IMG/VR virus record: IMGVR_UViG_3300042923_000524
Coordinates: 32,001-96,000 of that record
DNA length: 64,000 nucleotides
Strand: one strand, 5' to 3'
Origin: a virus
The position numbers and the translations under genes are program-made. The first letter of the stretch is position 1, and each line of letters begins with the position of its first letter. The notes under the pieces were generated by a model. That model did not search any database. It was given only the letters and a program-made list of their open reading frames with translations, and was not told the DNA's origin. Positions 10,711 to 21,117 of this stretch are shown here, piece after piece.

Positions 10711-10723
10711 TAGATATCACCTC

Positions 10724-11518
10724 CTAGATATATAGTGGGAATTCTGATTTTATTTGTATGACACAAGGGTTATCTACTGTAATTAAATTTTGACCATATG
10801 TTAGTCTAAGCCAATTTTTATTAAAGTTTCCTAATCTATTCAAACCAGAACTTGAAACTATTTGTTTTAATTGATTATTAAAATAGAACTCTTCTAATGT
10901 GTTTTCTACTTGAATTTGAAATACTCTATTAGCATCAGAAGTATTCGTTAATGTTACCCCTGTACTATCACCTTTTAAGTCAATCCAAAGTTCTGGTTCA
11001 TAATAATAATCTTGATATTTTGGATGCATTACATTTGATTTATTTACAAGCATTATTGTAGTTGGTTCAGTTATATCCGATAGGTCGAAAGTAGATATTT
11101 CTGGAATACTAAAACTATAAGGTGCTGATGTTCTAAGTTGTAATTCAAAATATCCACGATTTCCAGTTAAATATAAATCTGATTGATTAGTACAAATAAC
11201 ATAAAAAATACGTCCTAAAAAATCTGTGCTTTGGAAACTTTTATAAGTATCTCCTCCAAATAATTTAGCAATTTGAAATCTATATTCCTCTGTAAATTCA
11301 TCATCAAGCAAACTAAATTTTAATGTAAATTCAATAGGCTTTTTTATTGTTTTATAAAAAGTTGGTATGTCTCTGTATGGCACTTGTTCTTCTACAATAT
11401 CTCTCGCACCTATAAAGGGAGTATTTACAAGTCCACTATCTGTACGAATTATCGAAATACCATTAACGCCTATATCTGAACTATTTACTCCATCTATAAT
11501 AAAAGTTGTATCTTGCAT
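10724..11518 (-). CDS. Distal tail protein (Dit)
   Basis: Directly after the tape measure; F.IDG.NS.D.G start; W.RL..G.N.I end. Confidence 0.7.
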   Translation of the reverse strand: MQDTTFIIDGVNSSDIGVNGISIIRTDSGLVNTPFIGARDIVEEQVPYRDIPTFYKTIKKPIEFTLKFSLLDDEFTEEYRFQIAKLFGGDTYKSFQSTDFLGRIFYVICTNQSDLYLTGNRGYFELQLRTSAPYSFSIPEISTFDLSDITEPTTIMLVNKSNVMHPKYQDYYYEPELWIDLKGDSTGVTLTNTSDANRVFQIQVENTLEEFYFNNQLKQIVSSSGLNRLGNFNKNWLRLTYGQNLITVDNPCVIQIKSEFPLYI

Positions 11519-11576
11519 TTTTTCACCGCCTTAAATATTAATATTTATAAAAATTTAATTATTTTCAAAATAAAAA

Positions 11577-11598
11577 GAAGCCTTATTTCTAAGGCTTC
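11577..11598 (-). terminator. Intrinsic terminator at the tape measure stop
   Basis: GAAGCCTTA/TAAGGCTTC stem followed by a T-run on the minus strand. Confidence 0.6.
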
Positions 11599-14500
11599 CA
11601 ACCACCACCAAGTTTTGAATATTCTCTTTTTATGTTGTGCATTATTTTATTTGTAATATCACCTATAGAATCATTATCAACATTTTGAGCGTATATATTT
11701 ATATTGCCAAAATTCAAATTACCACTTCCACCAACCCCTGCCATAGAAGGAATCTTAGGCATACTTAAATTAGGCATAAAATTATTAAACCCACTTAATA
11801 TTTTTTGAGTTATATCAGCAGGGAATACTTGAGAATGTTTAGGTAGGTTAATTAACTCTGCACCATTTTCACCTACAATACTCATTCCGCCTATTGCATC
11901 TTTAGTACCATTTGCATATTGGGGAAAAGAACCTGTAGTGTTAATATTGATACTGCCCATAGAATCCAACAACGCTTTAGCTTTCTCTAACTTACCAACA
12001 AACTCACTCTGCAAATTACCACCCAACACACCTAAAGTCTCTCCAAACGTATTTGAGAAGGTTACAAAGGCTTCTTGAACTGTTACTAACTTACCATTGA
12101 TATCTGTAACCATACCAGTTGTTAAGGTTTTATTAGCTTCAGTATAAAGATTACCCTCTTGTAATAATTTTTCATAATTAGTTTTAATAATCTCAAATCG
12201 CTTTTCTTCTGCTTCTTTGGCATTTTTAATTTTCTGTTCCTTTTCATCCAAACTATTTTGAAGTGCTTGTTTGCGTAATTCATCTTCTCTATCTTGTTGT
12301 AAGTCTAATAAATTTTCACGATTTTCGGATAATTCTTTATCTATTTCTTTTATACGATTAATGGCAACTAAATCACCTGATGAAGCTGCCATTGCTAATG
12401 TGTTACGTTCATTTGTAAGTGTTGAAATATTGCCTGTGATTTTATTTTGATTTTTAGAGAAGTCTTCAGCATCACGAAGTTTATCAATTGCATCAATTTG
12501 TTCTTGAATATTACTTTTATATTTATCAAGTTCTTTATCAAGTTTGTCTAATTTCTTTTTGTGTGCTTTATCGGCTTCATCTAGTTCTAATTCGTAACGC
12601 TTTTTGATTATTTCAACTATTTGTTTTTGAACATCTTCTAGGTTTTTGGTTTGTTCTTCAAGAGTTTTAGTTTCGAGTTCTTCAGCCTTTTTAGCGAAAT
12701 CATCCATAACGTTCAGATTTGCATCGATAGCACTCTCAAGTTTCCACCATTCCAAAGAAGTTGATTGTATCATATCGGTCAACTCTTGATGTCTGTCAGA
12801 ACCAACTTTTAATGTTGCTAACTCTTTGTTTCTAGCAACATTAAGTTTATGTAAATTATCTTGTTGTTGCTCCAACATTTCATTACGTTTCTTTAGAATT
12901 GGAATTTGGTCGGAATCTTCTGTTTGGGAGAGGATTTCTTGTTGTTTTGAGAGTTCAAAATTTAGGTCACGAATGGTATTGTATAGGGATTGATAAGGTT
13001 TTTCTGAGTCTGCTTTATCACCACCACCCCTAACACCAGAAGCATTAGGAGTTTTAGTTGTGGTAGAACCATATTTTAATCTATTGCTTTCTATATCACC
13101 ACTAGAACTTCCACCCAACATTACTTCAGCAGACATAGCATTTAATTCTGATAGTTTTTGTTTTAAACCATTAATTCTATCTATTGTTGCTTTTTCTTTG
13201 GCTGGTGTAATAACTCCTGCAAAACCACTGCTAAAAGTTTCTCGTTCTACATTATTTATTTGTGCTTTTAGTTTTGTTTTTTCGTTTTCAATATCTTGTA
13301 ACGCTTCTCTACGTTTTTCATCCGTTGCTAATTTAACCGCACTTGCGAGGTCTTCATATTTGATTTTTTCCATATCCAAATTAGCAAAGACACTTGGGTA
13401 CATCTTTTGTAATTCTGCTGTTACTCTACCCATGCGTGTTTTCTCATCTACAGATAATGATTCTTTATTAGCAAGGTCGGAGATACTTTTCATTAATTTA
13501 TCTGCTTCAGTAGATTCATCAGAAAAAGCTTTTGCATTTTTTATAGCATTGTCATACATTTTCTGTTGATGTTTTTTGTATAAGTTGAAAGCAATAATTA
13601 ATCCACCTATAGCTAAAGCCAACCCTGAAACAACTGGATTGATGGCAGCTAAAGTCCAATTCATTGTTGCAATACCTTTAATAAAATTTTGAACTGCTAC
13701 TAAAGATTTAACTATATTATTTGAAAAGATTATTATAGTTGCTGATAAAGCTATTATTGCAATATTAACCAAACCTACACCGTCTGAGAATTGAACAAGA
13801 CCTATACCCATTTCTATAAATTTACCAATTTGTTCAGAATTAAAAGTATTCAAAAATAATTCTTCCCATGTTGCTTTTAGTTTATTTGCCTTTGACTCGT
13901 TCGATTCAAGATAGATACCAAACTTCTCGTTTGTTGTTCCAGTAGCTTGTAAGGCTTTATTATATAAAGTTGTTGCTTCTGTTAAACCATCCATTAGATT
14001 GTAGAATCTTGATTGTTGTCTTGCCCCCGCAAGTGTGGTGGCGAGGTAAGCCTTTGTATTAGTATCCAAACCATCCCATTTAGTACCAAGTTGCTCAACG
14101 ACTAAATCAAATCTTCTTATTTGACCTTCACCATCAGTTAAACTAATGTTTACAGCTTTTAAGGCTTTTGCCACGTCATTAATACGTGTCTCATCTTCTT
14201 CATTCCATCCAGTCTCCGTTAAGTTTTGGAATCTTGCCAACAAAGCCTTCATGCTTGTTCCAATAGATTCGGCTGACTCTCTTGTTTTACTGGAAATTAC
14301 TGCAATATAGCTGGTGATTTTTTCAAATGGTATATTCAATGCACCTGCCGAACCTGCTACTTTTTGCATAGCTCTACCAATTTCTGCACCACTCGTTGCC
14401 GTTGCATCTCCGAGGAATGTCATTACGTCTGAAGCACGTTCAATATCTACACCCATAGAGTTAACTACAGCAGTAAGAATTTCTGCTGATTGCGTAAAAT

Positions 14501-15269
14501 CTTCATTGGTTATTTTTGCATATTTAGTAGCAGTTTCAGTTCTATTCATAACCTCTTCTTGAGTTAGACCTTGTCTGTAAAACTCAACTGATGCCTTGGT
14601 TATATCTTGTGTTCCAACACCCATGATTTTAGCTAATTGATTATATTCTCTACCAAGCCTTTCTACTGAATCGGCAGTTTTGCCAGTAACTATACGAATT
14701 TCATTAAGGCTATTAGATAATTCATAAACAAACTTAACGCCTTCTCTAAATTTCTTTATACTTCCGTAAATTACTTGAGTCGCAATTGCCCACTCTGCAA
14801 TCCTCTTTAAAGCGATTCCAACGTCTTTAGAAAATGTATTATTTTCTCTATTTGTTTGCCTTATTTGTCTACCAGTCAATTCCATGTTTCCATTTAATTT
14901 ATTAATAGTACCAGAATATGTAACTATCTGATTTTGTCCATTATTTAAAGACTGAGTAAAATTTTCAAAATTTTTACCAACTTCTTTGGTTGAATATCCA
15001 ATTATCTTCATACCTTTATCAATAGGTGTTTTAGACAAATCAAATTTGCCTAATGCATTTAAATTATCTTGAACCTTTAACAATTCATTAGAAATTTCTT
15101 TAACCTGTGTTTTACCACTAGACAAACCAGAGTTTGAACCAGAACCACTTCCACCCATATTAAGTGGAATATTTACTTTAGTTTTATTTAATTTATTTAT
15201 TATTCCATCAAGTTCTTTATATGACTGTTTATAATCAAATAAGACTTTTATTCCTAATTTATCTGCCAA
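11589..15269 (-). CDS. Tape measure protein (TP901-type core)
   Basis: 1226 aa, helical; L..I.IVT..EFYRQG..D.L....ATS..EI..A; C-terminal YANGT..A.GG...VGE.G.ELI.LP. Confidence 0.9.
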   Translation of the reverse strand: MADKLGIKVLFDYKQSYKELDGIINKLNKTKVNIPLNMGGSGSGSNSGLSSGKTQVKEISNELLKVQDNLNALGKFDLSKTPIDKGMKIIGYSTKEVGKNFENFTQSLNNGQNQIVTYSGTINKLNGNMELTGRQIRQTNRENNTFSKDVGIALKRIAEWAIATQVIYGSIKKFREGVKFVYELSNSLNEIRIVTGKTADSVERLGREYNQLAKIMGVGTQDITKASVEFYRQGLTQEEVMNRTETATKYAKITNEDFTQSAEILTAVVNSMGVDIERASDVMTFLGDATATSGAEIGRAMQKVAGSAGALNIPFEKITSYIAVISSKTRESAESIGTSMKALLARFQNLTETGWNEEDETRINDVAKALKAVNISLTDGEGQIRRFDLVVEQLGTKWDGLDTNTKAYLATTLAGARQQSRFYNLMDGLTEATTLYNKALQATGTTNEKFGIYLESNESKANKLKATWEELFLNTFNSEQIGKFIEMGIGLVQFSDGVGLVNIAIIALSATIIIFSNNIVKSLVAVQNFIKGIATMNWTLAAINPVVSGLALAIGGLIIAFNLYKKHQQKMYDNAIKNAKAFSDESTEADKLMKSISDLANKESLSVDEKTRMGRVTAELQKMYPSVFANLDMEKIKYEDLASAVKLATDEKRREALQDIENEKTKLKAQINNVERETFSSGFAGVITPAKEKATIDRINGLKQKLSELNAMSAEVMLGGSSSGDIESNRLKYGSTTTKTPNASGVRGGGDKADSEKPYQSLYNTIRDLNFELSKQQEILSQTEDSDQIPILKKRNEMLEQQQDNLHKLNVARNKELATLKVGSDRHQELTDMIQSTSLEWWKLESAIDANLNVMDDFAKKAEELETKTLEEQTKNLEDVQKQIVEIIKKRYELELDEADKAHKKKLDKLDKELDKYKSNIQEQIDAIDKLRDAEDFSKNQNKITGNISTLTNERNTLAMAASSGDLVAINRIKEIDKELSENRENLLDLQQDREDELRKQALQNSLDEKEQKIKNAKEAEEKRFEIIKTNYEKLLQEGNLYTEANKTLTTGMVTDINGKLVTVQEAFVTFSNTFGETLGVLGGNLQSEFVGKLEKAKALLDSMGSININTTGSFPQYANGTKDAIGGMSIVGENGAELINLPKHSQVFPADITQKILSGFNNFMPNLSMPKIPSMAGVGGSGNLNFGNINIYAQNVDNDSIGDITNKIMHNIKREYSKLGGGWKP

Positions 15270-15316
15270 AATATCACTCCTTTCAAAAGAGTATAGGACA
15301 ATATTAATTCCTTAAA

Positions 15317-15790
15317 TTACAATACTGTACTATCTATGCCTAATTTTTTTAAATGTTTTTTCATTACGTGTGGAATTACGTTTTCTTGAATTAATTCTTC
15401 TTTAGAATTACTCATATATGGTCTTTCATCTAAATAAGCATAGTCATCACCCCATAATGGATGTATTTGACCATGCTCAATCCAACTAGCAACTGCATTT
15501 CCACTCACTTTGTCTCCACTAACAACGCTATAATAATTCATTTTAGACTCATCATGTTCAACTATTAATCCAACGCCATTTGACGTTTCAAATGTTTTAC
15601 CAACCAAACTATTTTCTAAATAATGTTTTCTTTCATATTCTTCAGGATTAGGATAAACATCATAAACATCTGAATCTATATGTTCTTTTATAGTTGTTAT
15701 TATTTCATTTTTTACATTTTCTTTAACAACTGATTTTAAAGACTCGTCTATATATTTTTTTAAACCTTTTAAATTATCAAAGGTTGGCAT
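15317..15790 (-). CDS. Virion morphogenesis protein (HK97 gp10-like tail component)
   Basis: Position; IEHG..RPYM motif. Confidence 0.5.
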   Translation of the reverse strand: MPTFDNLKGLKKYIDESLKSVVKENVKNEIITTIKEHIDSDVYDVYPNPEEYERKHYLENSLVGKTFETSNGVGLIVEHDESKMNYYSVVSGDKVSGNAVASWIEHGQIHPLWGDDYAYLDERPYMSNSKEELIQENVIPHVMKKHLKKLGIDSTVL

Positions 15791-15803
15791 AATACCACCT
15801 TCC

Positions 15804-16313
15804 TTATTGCAAATTATTTAGTTTTATTTGTGCTTCATCAATTTGTCTTTGACATTCATTTTTTATTTGTTCTTTCTCTTTTTCTATATTAATTTGTTCT
15901 AATTCTATTTCATTATTTTTATATATTTCACTTGATTTATCTATTAAATCATTTAGAATATTAACTTTTTCTTCGGGAATATTTGTTATTTTATTTATTT
16001 CCATTGCATAATCAGTAGCAATTTCAAATATTATTGATTCAATTTCAGACATTACATTTTGAAACATTGAATTATAATACTTATAAAAAGTATCATCCAT
16101 TTCACAATCTATATTTATATTAGTTAATTCACCTAATAATCTTAACATTAATCCATCATTAACTTGATTCTCTTGAATACATACTTTTATCTCAAAAGCC
16201 TGTTCTTTTGTTGGATTATAAACTTCTATATTATCTATAAATTCATCAGCTAAATACAAAGGTATAGTAACCCTTATTTTATCTGCTTTTAATTGACTTA
16301 GATTTATACCCAT
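15804..16313 (-). CDS. Putative tail assembly chaperone
   Basis: Acidic helical protein upstream of the tape measure; call is positional. Confidence 0.4.
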   Translation of the reverse strand: MGINLSQLKADKIRVTIPLYLADEFIDNIEVYNPTKEQAFEIKVCIQENQVNDGLMLRLLGELTNINIDCEMDDTFYKYYNSMFQNVMSEIESIIFEIATDYAMEINKITNIPEEKVNILNDLIDKSSEIYKNNEIELEQINIEKEKEQIKNECQRQIDEAQIKLNNLQ

Positions 16314-16344
16314 TAATTAATTTCCTCCTTTAATTCTTTGCAAT

Positions 16345-16377
16345 AAAAAAAGAAACAAGATTTAACTTGCTTCTTTT
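16345..16377 (-). terminator. Terminator of the lipoprotein moron
   Basis: AGAAGCAAG/CTTGTTTCT stem followed by a T-run on the minus strand. Confidence 0.6.
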
Positions 16378-16390
16378 GATTAATTGTATT

Positions 16391-16897
16391 TTATTTTGTA
16401 CTCACTTTACTTACAAATATATTTGCCCTATGATAGTCTTTGCTATCTTTATGCATTATTTCAAATTCTTTTTGATTTCCAACTTTGAGTAACTCTCCAG
16501 AATTGGTGTAATCAGAATCAATAACGTTTCCTGCTTTATCAGAGTATTCTACAGTAATTTCAAAATAATCCATATCTTTATCACTCATATTTTTAACTCT
16601 ACCCCTTATATATGAATAATTTCCTTCAACCGTCCAAGTCCAGTTGTCTAGTATTTTAAGTTGATATTTATACATTTCATCTTGTTCTTCTTTAAAAGCC
16701 ATCAACCAACTACTTGCTTTTAAGGTATCATCTTTGTATAATTCTACAACCTTTTGTTTCGTTGCTTCCATATCACCTTTTTTATAAGTGTCTAATATAA
16801 TTTTATCTTTTTGTTCTACTGATAATTCATAGGAACACGCAACAAATGATAGCATTAATACCATTATTAAAATTAAGAGAAATGTGACTTTTTTCAT
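16391..16897 (-). CDS. FxLYD-domain lipoprotein (moron)
   Basis: Lipobox FVA-C21; I.G.VKN.SDK..Y.EI...Y.DK.GN.IDS..N...L..G..F.I. Confidence 0.75.
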   Translation of the reverse strand: MKKVTFLLILIMVLMLSFVACSYELSVEQKDKIILDTYKKGDMEATKQKVVELYKDDTLKASSWLMAFKEEQDEMYKYQLKILDNWTWTVEGNYSYIRGRVKNMSDKDMDYFEITVEYSDKAGNVIDSDYTNSGELLKVGNQKEFEIMHKDSKDYHRANIFVSKVSTK

Positions 16898-16939
16898 AAA
16901 TACCCTCCTTCATTTTAAACAAATACCACAATTATATAA

Positions 16940-16968
16940 ATTATAATATATAATGGAAAAATTTTCAA
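16940..16968 (-). promoter_or_regulatory. SigmaA promoter of the lipoprotein moron
   Basis: TTGAAA-17-TATAAT on the minus strand. Confidence 0.6.
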
Positions 16969-17010
16969 TTGTGATAGTTGTTATGTATAGGGAGGGTATA
17001 GATTAGTTAT

Positions 17011-18342
17011 TTATATATTTAATTCTTTTTGTAGTATAGTTTCAATATTATCAAAATTCCAATATGGTATTCTAATTAGTTTTATATTATTATTTTCACA
17101 ATATTCATTTTTTATTTTGTCATGTATTTGTACTATTTCAGAACCGTCATTTGGGTATAATTTTTCATAATGAAATATTCCATCAAATTCAATCAATTTT
17201 ATCAAATCATTTCTTTCTAAGTCTTTAAATATCGCAAAATCATATCTTAATAAACCACCACCAATACCATTTAAATCTTTAAAAGTATATTCTGATTTAA
17301 ATGGAATATTGAATTTCGATAGAACTTCTGAAATCTTTTTTTCTCCTTGAGACTTATTGCATTCTGGACATCTTATTCCACGTTTAAAGTTACTAAATCT
17401 CATTTCAAAGATATGACCATCAGGACACTTTAATTTTAATTTAGTTGCGGAATTTTTATATTTATTAGATATTAAAAAGTAATTAAATGATTCAATATAT
17501 TCCTTTACTTCAATATACGAAAATGCCTTTAATGCACGAATTTTTTCGCCTTTGCATTTTGGACATCTTTGCCCATTTAAAAATGAAGATGGACTCATTT
17601 TAAAAACACACCCACATTTTAAATGTTTAATTTTAACTTTTTCAACTGCTTTGATATATTCACTTAGTAATTCATATTCACCATTCGTCAAATTTTTAAC
17701 TTCATCATTAAACTGTTTCGTGTCTCTATTATGCCCTGAACAAAAACTACATCTACAACCTCTTTTAAATGCTACAAATGTTGTTTCAAAAATATGCTCT
17801 TTAGGACATTGTAATTTTAAAAGTTGATTACAATTATTAAACTCATTTGTAATTAATTTATAACCTATATTTTTCTCTATAAAATCTTTTACATAATTGT
17901 AATCTAATTTCAACTTCTCCCCTGTGTTTTTGCGACCACATATATTACATTGTCGTTTATTGTTATATTTAAAATCTGCAAATCTTGTTTTAAATATATT
18001 TCCACATTGACATTGAATTTCTATATAATTGTAAATACCTTCATATGTTCTTGATAATAATTCACACCCACAGTTAGATTCTATTTCTATAAATCTTTTA
18101 ACAATATCAATATTATATTCTGAAATACCTGAACATTTATTACATTGCTTTTTATTTCTATTTTTAAATTTTTCATATGGTACATTAAAAAATTCGCCAC
18201 ATGCACATTGAACAACTAGTTTTGTAGTGTTGTTTTTATATTCTTCGCTAATTAATTTACAACCATTGCCTTCGTCGCCTTCTATAAAATTTTTAACTTT
18301 TTCATATGTAAGTTTATCTCGCTTAACCGCCATTTTAAACAC
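17011..18342 (-). CDS. Free-standing endonuclease with multiple Zn-ribbon repeats + PD-(D/E)xK domain
   Basis: Repeats of C..GH.F..F..G.RC..C; LRYDFAI..LIEFDG.FHY..D.IK..IPYW. Likely start ATG 18333. Confidence 0.75.
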   Translation of the reverse strand: MFKMAVKRDKLTYEKVKNFIEGDEGNGCKLISEEYKNNTTKLVVQCACGEFFNVPYEKFKNRNKKQCNKCSGISEYNIDIVKRFIEIESNCGCELLSRTYEGIYNYIEIQCQCGNIFKTRFADFKYNNKRQCNICGRKNTGEKLKLDYNYVKDFIEKNIGYKLITNEFNNCNQLLKLQCPKEHIFETTFVAFKRGCRCSFCSGHNRDTKQFNDEVKNLTNGEYELLSEYIKAVEKVKIKHLKCGCVFKMSPSSFLNGQRCPKCKGEKIRALKAFSYIEVKEYIESFNYFLISNKYKNSATKLKLKCPDGHIFEMRFSNFKRGIRCPECNKSQGEKKISEVLSKFNIPFKSEYTFKDLNGIGGGLLRYDFAIFKDLERNDLIKLIEFDGIFHYEKLYPNDGSEIVQIHDKIKNEYCENNNIKLIRIPYWNFDNIETILQKELNI

Positions 18343-18390
18343 TCCTTGTTTTAAATAATTTTATATATTTTATACTCCTTATAATTACAC

Positions 18391-18460
18391 CATAGGGAAG
18401 GCAAGGAGACACCTTATCAATTAATATAAGTTTCGAACCCTATATTAATCTATCCCTATG
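18391..18460 (-). ncRNA. Candidate three-way-junction leader RNA upstream of the endonuclease gene
   Basis: CATAGGGA/TCCCTATG closing stem, 11-bp ATTAATATAGG/CTTATATTAAT stem with a G-U pair, and an AAGG/CCTT stem. Confidence 0.45.
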
Positions 18461-18566
18461 AAAATTTAATATCTATTTATTGATTTTATTTACTGTTAAG
18501 TATATAATCTAATTAACCGAACATATTTTCTATTTTATTAAGTATCTGAAAAGATACTTTTTCTTT

Positions 18567-18863
18567 TTAATAATTATATTTCTCCAGTTCGTCATTTATA
18601 AAAGTATCTATATCCATCTTATTAGCTTTTAATTCTAATTCTCCAATCTTTCTATCCACAACATCACTTAAAAACATTTCCTTTGTTCTGCTCAACGCTC
18701 CACCTTCTCGTCCCTTAGTCCATCCATATGTTAAAATTTCATCGAAGGTAAGATTTAGTTTATCTCTCCAATAGTAATCTGCATATTGTAGGCTTTGGTC
18801 AATCTCAAGGTTTCTCTCATTAATTCTTTCTAATCTTTGTCTTGTCATTTCATCCATTTTCAA
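18567..18863 (-). CDS. Hypothetical protein with its own promoter
   Basis: ORF track; RBS GGGAG. Confidence 0.6.
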   Translation of the reverse strand: MKMDEMTRQRLERINERNLEIDQSLQYADYYWRDKLNLTFDEILTYGWTKGREGGALSRTKEMFLSDVVDRKIGELELKANKMDIDTFINDELEKYNY

Positions 18864-18924
18864 AACTCCCTTTCATATTTACTTATTTTAGCTATTTGGA
18901 ATTTATTTCCCTTTTCCTAATATA

Positions 18925-18953
18925 AGTATATGCTAGGTTGCGGAAAATGTCAA
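18925..18953 (-). promoter_or_regulatory. SigmaA promoter
   Basis: TTGACA-17-TATACT. Confidence 0.75.
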
Positions 18954-18989
18954 CAATATTATTGAAATAAAATGTAAATATTTTTATTG

Positions 18990-19319
18990 TCATTTTACCT
19001 TATAATCAAACAAATCATCAAACTGACAGCCTAGTAATATTATTAATTTAATTAAGATTTCCAAAGTAATATTATTAGCTCTACAAATAGCATCAAGTCT
19101 CTGTCTGCTTACCCCTAACTTTTTAGCTATAAGTCCTTTAGATACACCTGTGCGTTTTTTATAATCATCTAGTTGAAGTCCTATATTGTTTGTTATCTCT
19201 ATTTCAATAGGCTGTTCATAGTTAACTTTAGTTTCTTGAATAAAGTCATTTACTATTTTAGCTAAACCTTGTTCGTAATCTTTTATATCTTTATCTCCCA
19301 TATCACACAATCCTCTCAA
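18990..19319 (-). CDS. XRE/Cro-like helix-turn-helix regulator
   Basis: SKGLIAKKLGVSRQRLDAI..NITLEIL.KL..L.C..DDLF. Confidence 0.8.
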   Translation of the reverse strand: MRGLCDMGDKDIKDYEQGLAKIVNDFIQETKVNYEQPIEIEITNNIGLQLDDYKKRTGVSKGLIAKKLGVSRQRLDAICRANNITLEILIKLIILLGCQFDDLFDYKVK

Positions 19320-19487
19320 TCATCTTCTTATCATATTCATATTATATCATTATTAATATGTATTTGTTAACATGAGAGATTGTTATTTATTAGGATTATT
19401 TACGTTGTTTATAAGTATATTACAAATGTGCATGACTTATTCATATTATTTTATAAATTTTATATTTATTTTTAAATCATTAATATG

Positions 19488-19515
19488 ATTATAATACATT
19501 AGAAAATATTGTCAA
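19488..19515 (-). promoter_or_regulatory. SigmaA promoter upstream of the HTH gene
   Basis: TTGACA-16-TATAAT. Confidence 0.65.
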
Positions 19516-19543
19516 GCATTATTTTTAGATTTTATATTAGTTA

Positions 19544-20572
19544 TTATAAGTCACTCAATCCTTTTTTCTCTACTTCCTTCATGCCATTTTCATCAAAGTA
19601 TTTGCCCAGTTCTTCATCAACTTCAGTATCATTATAAATTGACACCATATCTGTTGACTCCCAACCTACTATACTTTTTATAACTTCCGCAGGAATATTA
19701 TTTTTACACATCTCAGTAGTATAGAAATGTCTTAAACTATGCCAGTAAAAATCAACACCTAATATTTGTGAGAACGTCATTGCATAACTATCTAATAAAG
19801 TTGTGTCTGCTGGCTTATTTGATTTACCATATGAACTCCAAAACAACTCTTCACCTATAATTCCTAATTCTTCTCTTTGTTTCATCCACAAATCAAAATA
19901 GGGTTTAAATTTACCAACTATAATATATTTAAAAATTAACTTACCCTTAGAACTTCTGCCTTTAGTTTTTATCTTTTCTGGTGTTTTATATAAAGAACCA
20001 TACATAATATTTTCATCTTTAAAATAACTTACTTTAAATCTAAGCAATTCTGATTTTCTAGCTCCACTTGCGACCCCTAAAGCAAAAGCACAAGCTTGTT
20101 GATATTTCTTATTTTCCATAAGATAATCTAATAAAAATTGCACTTGCTCATCTGTTAAAACAGTCTTTTCTCTTACTGCTTGTTTAACTGGTGCTGGGAC
20201 TTTATTGATTATATTTCTGAAAGCAGGATATAAATCATCCATCATTGACTCTATAAAATTTGACATACTGCTTATAGAAGACTTTAATCTTCTTATTCTA
20301 CTAGAACTATGTTTCAACTCATTTAATAAATAATTTTGGTATTTCATTATATCTCTTTTATTTACCTCATAAAATATCTTATTATTATTCTTTTGTAGAT
20401 TCCAGACATAAAAAATCCTAATATCATCGTGATATGATTCAATTGTTCTAGGACTCTTATCAACCGATTGAAGATACTCTATAAAATCGTTAAGTAAATC
20501 TTTATTCTCTTGACAAACTTTACTATATAATTCCTCGGTTACTATATTATTATATATTGATGCTCTTGCCAT
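19544..20572 (-). CDS. Tyrosine recombinase (XerC/D-like) with N-terminal SAM-like domain
   Basis: SGARKSEL (R), WHSLRH (HxxR), VGW, MVSIY (catalytic Y). Confidence 0.9.
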   Translation of the reverse strand: MARASIYNNIVTEELYSKVCQENKDLLNDFIEYLQSVDKSPRTIESYHDDIRIFYVWNLQKNNNKIFYEVNKRDIMKYQNYLLNELKHSSSRIRRLKSSISSMSNFIESMMDDLYPAFRNIINKVPAPVKQAVREKTVLTDEQVQFLLDYLMENKKYQQACAFALGVASGARKSELLRFKVSYFKDENIMYGSLYKTPEKIKTKGRSSKGKLIFKYIIVGKFKPYFDLWMKQREELGIIGEELFWSSYGKSNKPADTTLLDSYAMTFSQILGVDFYWHSLRHFYTTEMCKNNIPAEVIKSIVGWESTDMVSIYNDTEVDEELGKYFDENGMKEVEKKGLSDL

Positions 20573-20666
20573 TTAATTTCACTCCTTATGTATTTTTATA
20601 TTATTTATTTATATATCAAACATTTCTGTTTATTTCCAAACTAAAAGAGAGTATCTTACAACTCCC

Positions 20667-20861
20667 TTATTTTCCACGTTTACAAACGCATCCCAAGCCT
20701 TTTCCTTTTGCCAACTTAATTTTGTAATTAGCAAATTCCTTGCAATCATCTTTGTCTTTACATTTCTCACAATGTGAACTATCGTAAATTTTATACTCTT
20801 TACGCTTTTCTCTGGTATCTGGATTATTCTTACTTGATTTCTTAGTTGCCATAACTTTCAC
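20667..20861 (-). CDS. Small basic Cys-containing protein
   Basis: CEKC..C..C.C pattern. Confidence 0.5.
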   Translation of the reverse strand: MKVMATKKSSKNNPDTREKRKEYKIYDSSHCEKCKDKDDCKEFANYKIKLAKGKGLGCVCKRGK

Positions 20862-21117
20862 TTCCTAAATTTATTGCTTATATTTAACACTCAAATGCTT
20901 CTGTGAGTGATTATATTAAAGTTTGGTAAATGTTTATGTGTTTTAGGTATAAACTATTACTAACCTTAAAACTTAAATTAAACGCACGTTATTTGTGTTT
21001 GGACTAACTTTAAACCAAACCAAAATTTGGTTGAAACAATATTAAAAAATAGTAAAAAATAAGAGAAAGGCACGAGCCTTTTGAGCATCAGCAACCTTTC
21101 TCTTATTGTTGTTTTAT

